A stretch of DNA of 64,000 nt, taken from Pyrobaculum sp. GTDB taxonomy: Archaea; Thermoproteota; Thermoprotei; Thermoproteales; Thermoproteaceae. The position numbers and the translations under genes were made by a program. This document shows, one piece after another, positions 45,237 through 54,888 of the stretch. The stretch is taken from assembly GCA_046293555.1 (NCBI GenBank), contig JBKBOT010000003.1, positions 1 to 64,000 on the forward strand, written 5' to 3'. Each line of letters opens with the position of its first letter. The stretch's first letter is position 1. A model generated the notes under the pieces. The model was given only the letters and a program-made list of their open reading frames with translations. It had not been told where the DNA came from and made no database searches.

Positions 45237-45798
45237 ATGTGGCCAGATAGAGCAGGTGTTTTAACTCATCTATCTTGTTGTTTAACAACGTTTCAAGCGA
45301 GTAATCTACCACAACGGCGCCATCTCTCGACGCCATTACTACACCACCTCTGATATCTGTCTCTTTCACTAGGGCACTCAGCCCGAGGCTTTTTGCCAAA
45401 GTCTCCACGACGCCTCTATCTTTAGGCGATACATAGATCACCACGTCTCTAGACTGTATGTACTCTACCGAACTCTGTAGGAGGGAAGATAGGAATTTTA
45501 TGTATCTCTCGCCACCCCTAATTTTTTCTATTGTGTCATATATAGATTGTTGGAAGTCTTTTAAGATATTTTCGTAAGTTTCAGCAACTTTTTTTCTAGA
45601 TTCAATTACCGCGTTGAAAAGTAGGCGCTCTTTTTCTAGCATGACCTCGCTCTCGACCTCAGTTATGTGGCTAGAGAACTTGTTCAACACGGTATCTGCC
45701 TCTCTCCTCAGCCTGGTCTCCACATCGATTAAAAGACTCTGTTTAAACTCCTCTAGCTCTCTAATCTTCGAGTTAATTATCTCTTTGAAAAGAGACAT
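45226..45798 (-). CDS. atpE: A-type ATP synthase subunit E
   Basis: N-terminal coiled coil, [17 protein letters not shown]; overlaps atpA. Confidence 0.85.
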   Translation of the reverse strand: MSLFKEIINSKIRELEEFKQSLLIDVETRLRREADTVLNKFSSHITEVESEVMLEKERLLFNAVIESRKKVAETYENILKDFQQSIYDTIEKIRGGERYIKFLSSLLQSSVEYIQSRDVVIYVSPKDRGVVETLAKSLGLSALVKETDIRGGVVMASRDGAVVVDYSLETLLNNKIDELKHLLYLATYER

Positions 45799-45836
45799 AG
45801 GGGGACGTCAGTGGTTATTTATAAACATAGTCGCCA

Positions 45837-46127
45837 TTACCCTCCGAGGACTTGTCGCACGATTTGGAGGTAATTCACCTCTTTTTCCATTCCCTCCTCC
45901 ACGCTGGGCACTTCTACAATTAGCTTTCTAGGAGTCTTTATACGTATCTCATCTAGTTCTTTACGTATATTTTTTGCAACTTTTGAAGATATGAAAATCA
46001 CACTATATATTTCCAGGTTTTTATCTATAAAACGCAAGGCCTCTACAGGGTCCTCTATGGTCCTTCCCTCGAAGCCCATTAGCTTAAAGAGCGCCACCGT
46101 GTATCTATCTCCAACCACCAGATACAC
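45837..46127 (-). CDS. atpF: A-type ATP synthase subunit F
   Basis: VVGDRYTVALFKLMG, IVEVPS; probable start GTG 46127. Confidence 0.85.
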   Translation of the reverse strand: MYLVVGDRYTVALFKLMGFEGRTIEDPVEALRFIDKNLEIYSVIFISSKVAKNIRKELDEIRIKTPRKLIVEVPSVEEGMEKEVNYLQIVRQVLGG

Positions 46128-46153
46128 GAGGGGGTAGAAACAGTAATTTAAAT

Positions 46154-46651
46154 CTACCACGGCTCTTTTTTCAGCCGGAGTAGATACGCCACATAGTTTG
46201 TGGCTTTATGTACCAACGGGGTAATTATCACAGCTGTGAGTATTACCTCTATAGGTATCTCCCTGTATAGACTAGCCACGAGAAATGCCATAAGTAGGAA
46301 ATCTAGCTGGTCTAAAGGAAATGCGGGATGTCCTCTGGGCATACAAAGCCGACGTTTTATAAAGGCCCCCAGGAGGTCTCCCGCCATGGCGGCGGCAGAT
46401 AACACGATGGCGTCAAAAACTGTGAAGAGGGGATAAAACAGGTTGGGCACATATCCAATGGTGGAGCCAGCCATGACGCCTATGAGAAGCCCCTCGAATG
46501 TCTTTCCCTCTCCAAATATCCGCCTGCCGTCTTTAAAGTTTTTGCCAAGATCTAGATAATGTCTCCACCTAAGCCTCGCCGCAAACACCGCAGAGCCGTT
46601 AGCCACATAGGGGGGCCATATATATACGAAGAGCAACAAGAGGTCCACCAT
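46154..46651 (-). CDS. carS: CDP-archaeol synthase (DUF46)
   Basis: PPYVANG, DGRRIFGEGKTFEG, GDLLGAFIKRR, LDQLDF, LKKEPW. Confidence 0.92.
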   Translation of the reverse strand: MVDLLLLFVYIWPPYVANGSAVFAARLRWRHYLDLGKNFKDGRRIFGEGKTFEGLLIGVMAGSTIGYVPNLFYPLFTVFDAIVLSAAAMAGDLLGAFIKRRLCMPRGHPAFPLDQLDFLLMAFLVASLYREIPIEVILTAVIITPLVHKATNYVAYLLRLKKEPW

Positions 46652-46753
46652 ACCTACCCGCCGTCTGGCTCTCTTCTAGCCGGCAGTAGACCGCAGGCCA
46701 TATGCGGCCCATATTTTTTTATTTAAATCTCAACCTTGTATATGCATAGAGGC

Positions 46754-47176
46754 ATGGCGATGAGAGACTGGCGCCGCGGCTTGTTGGCATACATAGAAGC
46801 CGACGACGCCACCATAGAGGAGTTTAAAAAAGTCGTAGAGATATGTGGAGGCGAGTTCAAGCCAAAAAACATGCCATGTCTCACCTCTCTCGCCTCACGG
46901 CTGGAGGTAAAATCGGCGTCTTACCTTACCGACATTTACGGCATCTCTAACTCAATAGCCTTCTCTAGAGGCATCTCCCGCGCCGCGATTCTCGAAAAGG
47001 CGTGGGCTTTTCTAGAGGAGCTGTTTTGCAAAATGCCTATAGAATGCGACGAGGGGGTATCACTTAGCTGTTGTGAGAAATGTGGGTGGGCTTGCCTCCT
47101 GGCTAAGGTGGCCAGCAGCGACATTACGGTAGATCTGAGGGAGGCGATATACAGGAGGCTAACAGGCGGCGGCTAG
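46754..47176 (+). CDS. Hypothetical protein with Cys cluster
   Basis: C-terminal CDEGVSLSCCEKCGWAC; start at ATG 46754 or 46760 after a TTTAAA box. Confidence 0.75.
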   Translation: MAMRDWRRGLLAYIEADDATIEEFKKVVEICGGEFKPKNMPCLTSLASRLEVKSASYLTDIYGISNSIAFSRGISRAAILEKAWAFLEELFCKMPIECDEGVSLSCCEKCGWACLLAKVASSDITVDLREAIYRRLTGGG

Positions 47177-48768
47177 CGCGACGCGAAGGTTAACACTTCC
47201 CTCCTGGCGGCACTTCTGGCTTGTCTTAGAAGCTCTTTGTATTGCTCTACCTCTCCCTCAATCTTGTCTAGCCTCTTTTCGACATATGTTATAAAGTAGC
47301 TTATGAGCAACCTAAGTGGGAGATATTGTGGCCCCCTGAAGTAGAATTTGTTCAAAATGTCTCTAGCCCAATAGATGGAATGTCTAGCCACTACTTTCAG
47401 CAGGTCTATATGTTCTGGATATAGGTTTATCTTGTCTAGCCACCCGGCCTTCTCGCCTCTTATGTGGCTCATGGGCACATAAAACAGGGGCACTATGAGG
47501 CTTCTGTAGGGCCTCAGTCTTTCTATCAGCTCCACGGTCTCTACGACGTCTTCAGGAGTCTCGTTGGGGAGCCCCACGATAATTGTGATGGCCGGTATTA
47601 GCCTGACTTCGTGCATTATGGCCGCAGCCTCTATCACAACCTCGTGCCACTGCTCCATCCCGTAGGGGGCTGCCTTGCCTGGCATGATGTTTTTCGCCAA
47701 GCGTATAGACCCGGTCTCCAGCCCTATTTGGGCCCCCCACCAGTCTTGATGTTCGTCTAGAATTATTTCAGACAGTTTTGTAAATAGGCGGCCCATTTTC
47801 TTCTCGCCGTGGTAAATACCGACCAGGGTGGCGTGACTCCACGCCACCTTTCTATAATACCTCTTGGCTAGTCTATGTAACGCTATTAACTTCTCTGGGT
47901 TTGGCTCTACGGTATTGGAGCCGTAGAGCGGCACCTCGTCTGCATGTAGGAGGCCATCTCTCACGCCGGCCTCGGCGTTTACCTTAAGCTCCAGCTCTAC
48001 CTTCTCTAGCGGGTACCACCTCATGGCTCTAAGGGTGACAGAACAGAACGAACAGCCCCTGGGGCAACCCCTGCCGATTTCCACCAGGCCGTTTACGCTT
48101 GGGTACCTTATGGCTGAAATTTCCGACACGTCTGGAGCCTCGTGGACGCCAACGTAAATATATCTCGGCAGCGGCTTTCCCCCCAGGGCGTTTTTCACCA
48201 AGTCTACAACAATTTTTTCCCCCTCGCCGTCAAAAATGGTGTCCACGCCCCACCTCTCCACCAGCTCCGGGAAGTAAAGCCACTGCCACGCCGCAGGTCC
48301 CCCCACGATTACCCTCAAGCCGTTTGTAGACTTAGCCCTAGCTATCTCTGGCGCGATTCTCTCCATAAACCTCCTGAAAAACATGGCGTTCATGGGCTCT
48401 CTGCCCACAATAACGCCCCACGTGCTGCTAGGCGGGTTGAGGCCGAAATAATCGTGGTGGCTTAACATCAACACCTTTGCGCGTGGGAGAAACCTCCTCA
48501 CGTGGTCTGGATCTATCACGGCCGCATTTATGCCGGCATCTAACAGCTTGGCCTCTATCTTGCGCATACCATAGGGCGCCTCTTTAGGCCTCCCCCATTT
48601 GTCAACCTCTATTTTGGGCGCAAAGAGGAAGGAGTGGAACCGCTCAGAGAGGCCAAAAGGCAGCTCCACGAAGATAGGCCCCGTGGTGCCAAAACCCAGA
48701 AACTCTCTCCTATGGTAGTTAGACATCATCGACCTGTCTGTAGTTAAAATAACGTCGAAATGAGGCAT
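47173..48768 (-). CDS. B12-binding-like radical SAM protein, Grs family (GDGT ring synthase/GMGT synthase-like)
   Basis: DVILTTDR, APYGMRKIE, HDYFGLNP, VIVGGPAAW, GRGCPRGCSFC, PLYGS resemble the Grs family; start at ATG 48768. Confidence 0.75.
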   Translation of the reverse strand: MPHFDVILTTDRSMMSNYHRREFLGFGTTGPIFVELPFGLSERFHSFLFAPKIEVDKWGRPKEAPYGMRKIEAKLLDAGINAAVIDPDHVRRFLPRAKVLMLSHHDYFGLNPPSSTWGVIVGREPMNAMFFRRFMERIAPEIARAKSTNGLRVIVGGPAAWQWLYFPELVERWGVDTIFDGEGEKIVVDLVKNALGGKPLPRYIYVGVHEAPDVSEISAIRYPSVNGLVEIGRGCPRGCSFCSVTLRAMRWYPLEKVELELKVNAEAGVRDGLLHADEVPLYGSNTVEPNPEKLIALHRLAKRYYRKVAWSHATLVGIYHGEKKMGRLFTKLSEIILDEHQDWWGAQIGLETGSIRLAKNIMPGKAAPYGMEQWHEVVIEAAAIMHEVRLIPAITIIVGLPNETPEDVVETVELIERLRPYRSLIVPLFYVPMSHIRGEKAGWLDKINLYPEHIDLLKVVARHSIYWARDILNKFYFRGPQYLPLRLLISYFITYVEKRLDKIEGEVEQYKELLRQARSAARREVLTFASR

Positions 48769-48814
48769 GACGTCTCCCCGTCTCAAGTATTAATACATTG
48801 ACGGCATTTCCCCC

Positions 48815-49408
48815 GTGGAGTTTATCTTCCTAAGCGAGGTGGACAGTAAAACGGTGGAGGTGGTAAAAAACGCCATTTATGCGCTAGGGCCCCCTCCCAT
48901 AGATATAGTCATACTTGGCGCCGACGTGACAAGACTGGAGACAGAAGATGTCTTCATGTTGAAGGTCTCCCTCCCCGTAGACATATATAAAGTCATGAGG
49001 GAGGCGGCAGTAGCCCACGCTTTGACAGACCCAGACCTCCTGGAGGTCTGGGCAGCTCCTCACGACGTGTGGTCAGACCCCCTGGCGTATGAGCTCTCGC
49101 AAGCCCTCTTGGCGCGAGTTGTTGACATGTTGGTTGCCAAGACCAGCCCAGAGCTCGTAGTGGAGAGAGCACGTGTGGAGGTGGTAGAAGGCGAGACTGT
49201 GGCGCAGACGCTAGTCAAGACTTTAGCCGTAGATGTCTCAATAAGCCTCGCGACGGCTGGCCGCATTGGCGACGCAGTCAGGCTGTTAAACAGGCTGGCG
49301 GGCCACCCCATCTATGAGACCTACAGGCGCCTCTGGGATTTCGCCATGGCGAACTTTAAGTTTCTGCCTATTTACAACTGGCTTAATCTACTAGCCCCTC
49401 CTCGGTGA
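48815..49408 (+). CDS. Hypothetical protein
   Basis: 197-aa ORF with TATTAATA box upstream; converges on radA. Confidence 0.75.
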   Translation: MEFIFLSEVDSKTVEVVKNAIYALGPPPIDIVILGADVTRLETEDVFMLKVSLPVDIYKVMREAAVAHALTDPDLLEVWAAPHDVWSDPLAYELSQALLARVVDMLVAKTSPELVVERARVEVVEGETVAQTLVKTLAVDVSISLATAGRIGDAVRLLNRLAGHPIYETYRRLWDFAMANFKFLPIYNWLNLLAPPR

Positions 49409-50384
49409 TTCTAAAGGACACCTCGCCCTCGGGGTGGTACGGGCTGTCGAAAATCTTGGCTATCCTGATGTTTTCTTTAGATTTTCTAAGCCACAGCCTA
49501 TATGTGGCGCCGTGGGCTAAGATATTGCCGCCGGCAGGTCTCAGGGGGTTGCCAAAAAAGACGTCTGGCTGCGCCATCACCTGGTTTGTGATCACTACAG
49601 CCACGTCGTAGGCGTCGGCTAGACGTAAGAGATCTGCCACATGTTTGTTAAGCTTCTGTTGTCTTTCTGCAAGATTCTCGCGGCCGGGAAATTCCGACCT
49701 GAAGTGTGCTATGACTGAATCTACTACCATCAACGCCACGTTGTGCTGTTTGATGATTGACTTTGCCTGTTCCACTAATATCATCTGGTGGTCTGAGCTG
49801 TAGGCCCGTGCGTAAAATATGTTGTTTAACGCCTGGTCTGGATCTAGGCCTCTGGCTCTAGCTATCTGCATAATACGCTCTGGGCGGAAGGTGTTTTCCG
49901 TATCTATATATATGGCCTTGGCGCCTAGCCCACCCCGCTCTTCGGAGAGCTGCACCATGACCGCCAGCTGGTGGCATAACTGCGTCTTGCCGGAGCCAAA
50001 CTCGCCCACTATTTCTGTAACAGCTCTAGTCTCCATGCCGCCGCCTAGAAGCTCGTCTAGAGTTCTAACACCTGTGGAGATACGTCTAATTTTTTTCCGC
50101 TTCTCATATACCTCAAGCGCCGAGATGAACGAATGTAAGCCAAGCATTTTTCTCGCCATGTCTATTATCTGTTGCGCCCTCTCCTCGTTGCCTATAACTT
50201 CTGCCAGCTCTTTTACAGAGGCAAACGCCACGTCTCTAATGGTGTAATACCCCCTCTCCTTTAGTTTTGCGCCAGTAACTCTCCCAACGCCTTCAAGCTC
50301 CTCCACGTCGAGCTCTGGGTTTACCTCTACCGTGGCTTGCACCTGGACAGCCTCCGCCTCTGTCTTCTTCTTCTTACTAGACAC
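49383..50384 (-). CDS. radA: DNA repair recombinase RadA
   Basis: [36 protein letters not shown]; no intein. Confidence 0.98.
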   Translation of the reverse strand: MSSKKKKTEAEAVQVQATVEVNPELDVEELEGVGRVTGAKLKERGYYTIRDVAFASVKELAEVIGNEERAQQIIDMARKMLGLHSFISALEVYEKRKKIRRISTGVRTLDELLGGGMETRAVTEIVGEFGSGKTQLCHQLAVMVQLSEERGGLGAKAIYIDTENTFRPERIMQIARARGLDPDQALNNIFYARAYSSDHQMILVEQAKSIIKQHNVALMVVDSVIAHFRSEFPGRENLAERQQKLNKHVADLLRLADAYDVAVVITNQVMAQPDVFFGNPLRPAGGNILAHGATYRLWLRKSKENIRIAKIFDSPYHPEGEVSFRITEEGLVD

Positions 50385-50413
50385 AATTTTTAAATCGCTG
50401 TGGGTTTATATTC

Positions 50414-50468
50414 TTAATGACGAAAATTTACCCTTCAGAGCCGTGAAGAAAGGGTCAGGGACAGATTG
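50414..50468 (+). ncRNA. Box C/D guide sRNA (sRNA-C)
   Basis: ATGACGA(50417)-AAATTTACCCTT-CAGA-GCC-GTGAAGA-AAGGGTCAGGGA-CAGA(50465); two 12-nt guides; TTTTAAA box at about 50388-50394. Confidence 0.72.
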
Positions 50469-50493
50469 AAATTTTTAGACAGACTTACGTCTA

Positions 50494-51318
50494 GTGACGC
50501 TAAAAGACAGACTCCGGGGCTTGGTGCCACGTGAGCTACTCGAAAAGGTGCCCACCTCCTTTGAGGTGGTGGGCTCTAGAGACGGCGCAGTGGCAATTGT
50601 GGAGATACCGCCAGAGCTGGAGGACTACAAACAGCTGGTCGCCAAGGCCGTCATAGAGGCAAACAAACACGTTAAGGCCGTCTTGAGAAAGTTGGGGAGC
50701 CGTGTGGGGGAATATAGGCTATATAAATTCGAGATGTTGGTAGAAGGCCCCACGGAGGTGTTACATAAAGAACATGGTTACTACATAAAGGTAGACCCCA
50801 CAAAGGTATACTTCTCTTCAAGAGATCTGACAGATAGGCTAGACATAGCCCGGAGGGTGGCCGAGGGGGAGCGGGTGTTGTATCTATTCGCCGGCGTTGC
50901 GCCATACGCCGTGGCTATCGCCAAGTTCGCAAAGCCGCAGGTAATTGTGGCAGTAGAGCTAAACCCATGGGGGTTTAAATACGCCGTGGAGAACATGAAG
51001 ATAAACAGGATAAAAAACGTCGCGGTGGTTCACGGCGATGTGGCATACGTCGCGCCGCTGCTAAAAAAGAGGTTCGATAGAGTACTTCTAACCCTGCCGC
51101 TAGGCGCACACAGGTTTCTACCCACGGCACTGGAGTGTCTAGAAAGAGGCGGGGTTATCCACTTCTACCACCTGGGCAGAGAGGAGGACCCCTTTAGAGA
51201 GGCCGAGGGGTTGGCGAGAAGCCTCTGTCCAGACTGTAAGGCAGTCGACAGGAAGGTTGTGAGAGATTACGCCCCCGGGGTTTACAAAATAAGGGTGGAT
51301 ATCTACAAGCCGCCTTAG
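50494..51318 (+). CDS. Trm5/Tyw2-family tRNA methyltransferase
   Basis: GEYRL, HKEHG, VYFS, LFAGVAPY, VELNP, FDRVLL, YAPGV. Confidence 0.88.
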   Translation: MTLKDRLRGLVPRELLEKVPTSFEVVGSRDGAVAIVEIPPELEDYKQLVAKAVIEANKHVKAVLRKLGSRVGEYRLYKFEMLVEGPTEVLHKEHGYYIKVDPTKVYFSSRDLTDRLDIARRVAEGERVLYLFAGVAPYAVAIAKFAKPQVIVAVELNPWGFKYAVENMKINRIKNVAVVHGDVAYVAPLLKKRFDRVLLTLPLGAHRFLPTALECLERGGVIHFYHLGREEDPFREAEGLARSLCPDCKAVDRKVVRDYAPGVYKIRVDIYKPP

Positions 51319-51779
51319 AAAAACCTCGGCGTGCCGCCCTCTTCGCCCCTCCTACGTCCAGGGGTGGGTGGCCTCTGTTGGATATAGAGCATTAGTACCG
51401 ACGGCACCTTTCCCTCTCTGGCAAATTTTGTCAACAAGTCTCTATATTCTGATGTATGTGTGATATCAACCTGGATGAACTTTATGGCGATTTCTCTCAA
51501 CATGCCTTCAAGTCTTCTCAACATATCTTCAGGCATCACAGAGGTTATCACCGGGTTGTTTAGCCAAGACTCGAAATCTTTTAACACCCTCGCGATGTAG
51601 CTCAACATGGCTTGGGCTGAGTATAGCAACATGAGCCTATCGGCGGTTTTTATCGCCTCGCTGTGAGCCTCCAGCTCTCTTACTTGTTTCTCCTGTTCTT
51701 TCACCCACTGAGAAAGACGTTCCATCATCGACTCTATGTATTCCAACACCATCTCCGTCGTAGGGGTTTCATGAGTCAT
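51315..51779 (-). CDS. DUF2153 family protein
   Basis: WVKEQ, ADRL, KDFESWLNNPVI, MPEDML, DITHTS; start at ATG 51779. Confidence 0.75.
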   Translation of the reverse strand: MTHETPTTEMVLEYIESMMERLSQWVKEQEKQVRELEAHSEAIKTADRLMLLYSAQAMLSYIARVLKDFESWLNNPVITSVMPEDMLRRLEGMLREIAIKFIQVDITHTSEYRDLLTKFAREGKVPSVLMLYIQQRPPTPGRRRGEEGGTPRFF

Positions 51780-51810
51780 GCTATCTAATCTCCACATCTG
51801 TATATAAACC

Positions 51811-53406
51811 TTATGCCAATAGCGCAATTATGGCGATAGGCATCACGAAGATGGCAGAGATCACCACGAGTCCTATCCTTCTGTACATCTCTGCAGCGTA
51901 TTGAAGCTTCCTAAACCCCTCTTCACCCAATACCTCCGCCTCTATTTCCACACGTCGGTATGCCACCAGCAGTTGACCTAACTCTCTCTCTGCACTCCCC
52001 ACAGCTTTCTCCACTACTTCTAGTATACGGCTGTGTTCTATCCTCTCCCCCACTATCCTATACCCCCGCCCAAATCCCACCCCAGTGGCCCTGTGGGTGT
52101 CTGTAGTGACTATCTCCACAACATCGTATCCACGCCGTCTGTATGTAGCCACAATCTTGTCGTAAAGCCCCGAGTGTAGGTTATTGCCGTCAAGCACCAC
52201 AAGGAGGCCCCTCCTGTCGTCACATTGTACCACAATTGCCGAAATTCCAGCCGGCCCGATCTCGTGTCCCAGTGGGTCCAGGCTTGCGGCATCGCTCTTG
52301 CCCACCCCGACGAGATACTTGCCACAGAGAGGCGCCTCGTGTAGTCTTTTCAACACCTCTGCCAAACTGGCCACATCTCTCTCGTCCCACTTCACAACGC
52401 CGTCGAACTTGTTTTGAGCGTCTGCCATTATGTATACGCCGGGGTCAACCCTTTGGGCAACCCAAAGCGGGATGTCGTCAGAGGCTGACTTCACCCTCCC
52501 CACCACGGCGAGGTGGGGCTCTACGCCTAGACTCATCCCAACGGCCTTCACATCGCCGGCCACAACTTCTGTCGGCATGACGCCTCTTGGAGGCGCCCCC
52601 GGGGGCATGGAGCTGAGGGCAGATCTCACCGCCCTTATTATCTCAGAGACAGATCTCTTAGATATGGGGTCTCTCTCGTGGCTGCCAACGCCGTGTATAA
52701 AAGTAAAGCGGTACCCCATACCCTCCACCTCCTTGTTGAGCCGGTCTACCAACATGCCTCCCCCAATATGCCTAAAGGGGCCCGGGTGGAAGTCTGATAC
52801 CAACACCACGTGCCGCCCGCCGAGGAGATATATGTGGAGTGGCACTCTCTCTACCCCACCCAGCTGTCTGAAGGCGTCTTCCATGAGGTCGTTTTCTGCA
52901 AAGACTGCGTAGAGAAAACTAGAGAATATACACATGGCGTCGAGACCCCCCGCCATTTTGTTCACCACAGGCCTAAGCCCGTAGATCACCACGGCGTAAA
53001 AAAACGACGCGGCTGCAAGATATAGATGCCCCATTAGGTGATAAAACAGGGCCGCGGCCGCCAGGGGGAGTAAAAACGCTGGAGATCTACACTTCAGGGT
53101 CTGTACCACTATTGCGGTAACAACGGCGCCTATTAGGGCGAAGGTGAGAGGAGGTTTTCTAAAAACCAGGTCGAAAAAAGCTACTAACAACGTGGAGATA
53201 GCCGCCACGTAGTAAGACCTACGTGGGTTCACTACCGACCTATCTACTACATACAACGCCACAAAGAGCGCGGCGCCGAAGGCGATATAGCACAAAGGCG
53301 CGCCCGTCAGGACTGCCGCCACTCCCAACAGGAATGTCGCCAACCCCGCGACCTTTTTTGGGGACTTGCCAAAAATGAGGGAGTAGCCCCTTTCGAAATT
53401 CCTCAT
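51811..53406 (-). CDS. DUF2070 family membrane protein
   Basis: N-terminal TM segments, HPGPF..IGG, HGVGSHE, DGNN, TTDTH. Confidence 0.85.
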   Translation of the reverse strand: MRNFERGYSLIFGKSPKKVAGLATFLLGVAAVLTGAPLCYIAFGAALFVALYVVDRSVVNPRRSYYVAAISTLLVAFFDLVFRKPPLTFALIGAVVTAIVVQTLKCRSPAFLLPLAAAALFYHLMGHLYLAAASFFYAVVIYGLRPVVNKMAGGLDAMCIFSSFLYAVFAENDLMEDAFRQLGGVERVPLHIYLLGGRHVVLVSDFHPGPFRHIGGGMLVDRLNKEVEGMGYRFTFIHGVGSHERDPISKRSVSEIIRAVRSALSSMPPGAPPRGVMPTEVVAGDVKAVGMSLGVEPHLAVVGRVKSASDDIPLWVAQRVDPGVYIMADAQNKFDGVVKWDERDVASLAEVLKRLHEAPLCGKYLVGVGKSDAASLDPLGHEIGPAGISAIVVQCDDRRGLLVVLDGNNLHSGLYDKIVATYRRRGYDVVEIVTTDTHRATGVGFGRGYRIVGERIEHSRILEVVEKAVGSAERELGQLLVAYRRVEIEAEVLGEEGFRKLQYAAEMYRRIGLVVISAIFVMPIAIIALLA

Positions 53407-54290
53407 AGAGACTCGATGTAATTCCTAATGAGGCTTGAGTACCTCTGCGTGGTTATACTCATCTGTAGGTACCTATTGACTTTAGGCATCTTGTAGAGAT
53501 ACACCTCTTCCTCCATGGTGTTCACCACGGCGTATCCAACCTCAGAAATATCCCACCTGTTTTTTATCCTGTTAGACACGCCGTAGTGAAAGTCTTGGCC
53601 CAAGTAGGGGTGGAGCAGAAGTACGTAGTCTAGGCCATATAGCAGGAGGTTTTTCGCCTTGGAGAAGCCAAGGTGGTACGTCCTGCTTATATCTACATAG
53701 CCAAAGCCGGTAAGTCTGCCATCTGTAGACTTAAGCAATATGTCTATCTTGTCCACATATCTGTTTGCAAGTTGTGGCACATAGGGCACGCCGCGTATCA
53801 CCTTTGTAACCCTCCTCCCTAGAAACACCGGCGCCTTCTCCATAAATTGCGACAAGGTGTCCACCACCTCCCCCTCGCCCGCAATCCCCCTCACGCTGAG
53901 GATATAGAACTTCTTTATCTCGTAGTCCTCCTCAGCCAGCTCGGGGAGGGGCAAGTTCTCCAGTATCTCTTCTGAAAGCAAGGTGTGGGGCAGATAATAG
54001 GCCACATCTATCTTTTCCACCACCTTGTTTTCCCTCATGACTTCAAGCTGTCTGCATATAGACTCCTCCCAAATGCAGTCCACCACGACGCTGCCAGATA
54101 GGAACATGTAGACCGGGTTTTTTGTGTTAAGCCAGTTAAGCCGTATCTTCTGTAACAACAACATCTGTTCCGCAGTTAGGCTTATTAACGCCTTTTTTAT
54201 CTTGTCTATACCGTAGTTGTCTAGGCCGTATTCGTACTCCCTCTGGTGGTCTACAGCAGTGCAGCCATGCCTATAGCAGCGAAAAGCCAC
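53403..54290 (-). CDS. Hypothetical protein, possible degenerate PD-(D/E)xK fold at C-terminus
   Basis: 295-aa ORF, ATGA-coupled to the DUF2070 gene. Confidence 0.7.
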   Translation of the reverse strand: MAFRCYRHGCTAVDHQREYEYGLDNYGIDKIKKALISLTAEQMLLLQKIRLNWLNTKNPVYMFLSGSVVVDCIWEESICRQLEVMRENKVVEKIDVAYYLPHTLLSEEILENLPLPELAEEDYEIKKFYILSVRGIAGEGEVVDTLSQFMEKAPVFLGRRVTKVIRGVPYVPQLANRYVDKIDILLKSTDGRLTGFGYVDISRTYHLGFSKAKNLLLYGLDYVLLLHPYLGQDFHYGVSNRIKNRWDISEVGYAVVNTMEEEVYLYKMPKVNRYLQMSITTQRYSSLIRNYIESL

Positions 54291-54314
54291 ATGTCCTATA
54301 ACGATATAAAAAAT

Positions 54315-54884
54315 TTACTGCCGCCCAAAAAACGCGGCTAGATCTTCCTCAAACTGACGGCGTAATGTAGGATTTCTAAGTAATGCGGCTGGGTGATAGG
54401 TGACACAGATCTCCACATTAACTCCAGCCAACTGTCCTCTGAAACATCTCCCTCTAACGTCGCCAATTTTTTCCACCTGTCTCCCCAAGAGCCCCAGTAG
54501 AGCTCTACTGCTAGTAAGCCCCAGCGCAATTATCCTGTGGGGCTTCAGTATAGATATCTGTCTAAGTAGATATGGCATACACGTCGTAACCTCCCTGCTG
54601 GTAGGAGCTCGGTTGTCTGGAGGCCTGCACTTAACCACGTTAGTTATATAAACATCCCGGCGGGCAACCCCGAGGTTGGCCAAAACTGTGTCCAATATCT
54701 GGCCCGCAGCGCCGACAAAAGGCCTCCCCTCCTCGTCCTCTTTAGCGCCGGGGGCCTCGCCGACAATCATCACGCCCAAGACGCCGCTGCCCTCGCCCGG
54801 GACGGCGTTTTTCCTGGCCTTATATAAGTCACATTTCTTACAGTTTTTAACCTCGGCCTCCAGTCTCTCAAGCCCTTGAGACAT
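54315..54884 (-). CDS. udg: Family 4 uracil-DNA glycosylase (4Fe-4S)
   Basis: CKKC, GEAPG, GRPFVG, NVVKCRPP, YHPAALL. Confidence 0.95.
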   Translation of the reverse strand: MSQGLERLEAEVKNCKKCDLYKARKNAVPGEGSGVLGVMIVGEAPGAKEDEEGRPFVGAAGQILDTVLANLGVARRDVYITNVVKCRPPDNRAPTSREVTTCMPYLLRQISILKPHRIIALGLTSSRALLGLLGRQVEKIGDVRGRCFRGQLAGVNVEICVTYHPAALLRNPTLRRQFEEDLAAFFGRQ

Positions 54885-54888
54885 TGGC

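Noticed and set aside
43455-50384. Inteins in AtpA or RadA
   Set aside because: Both proteins have normal length and uninterrupted motifs.
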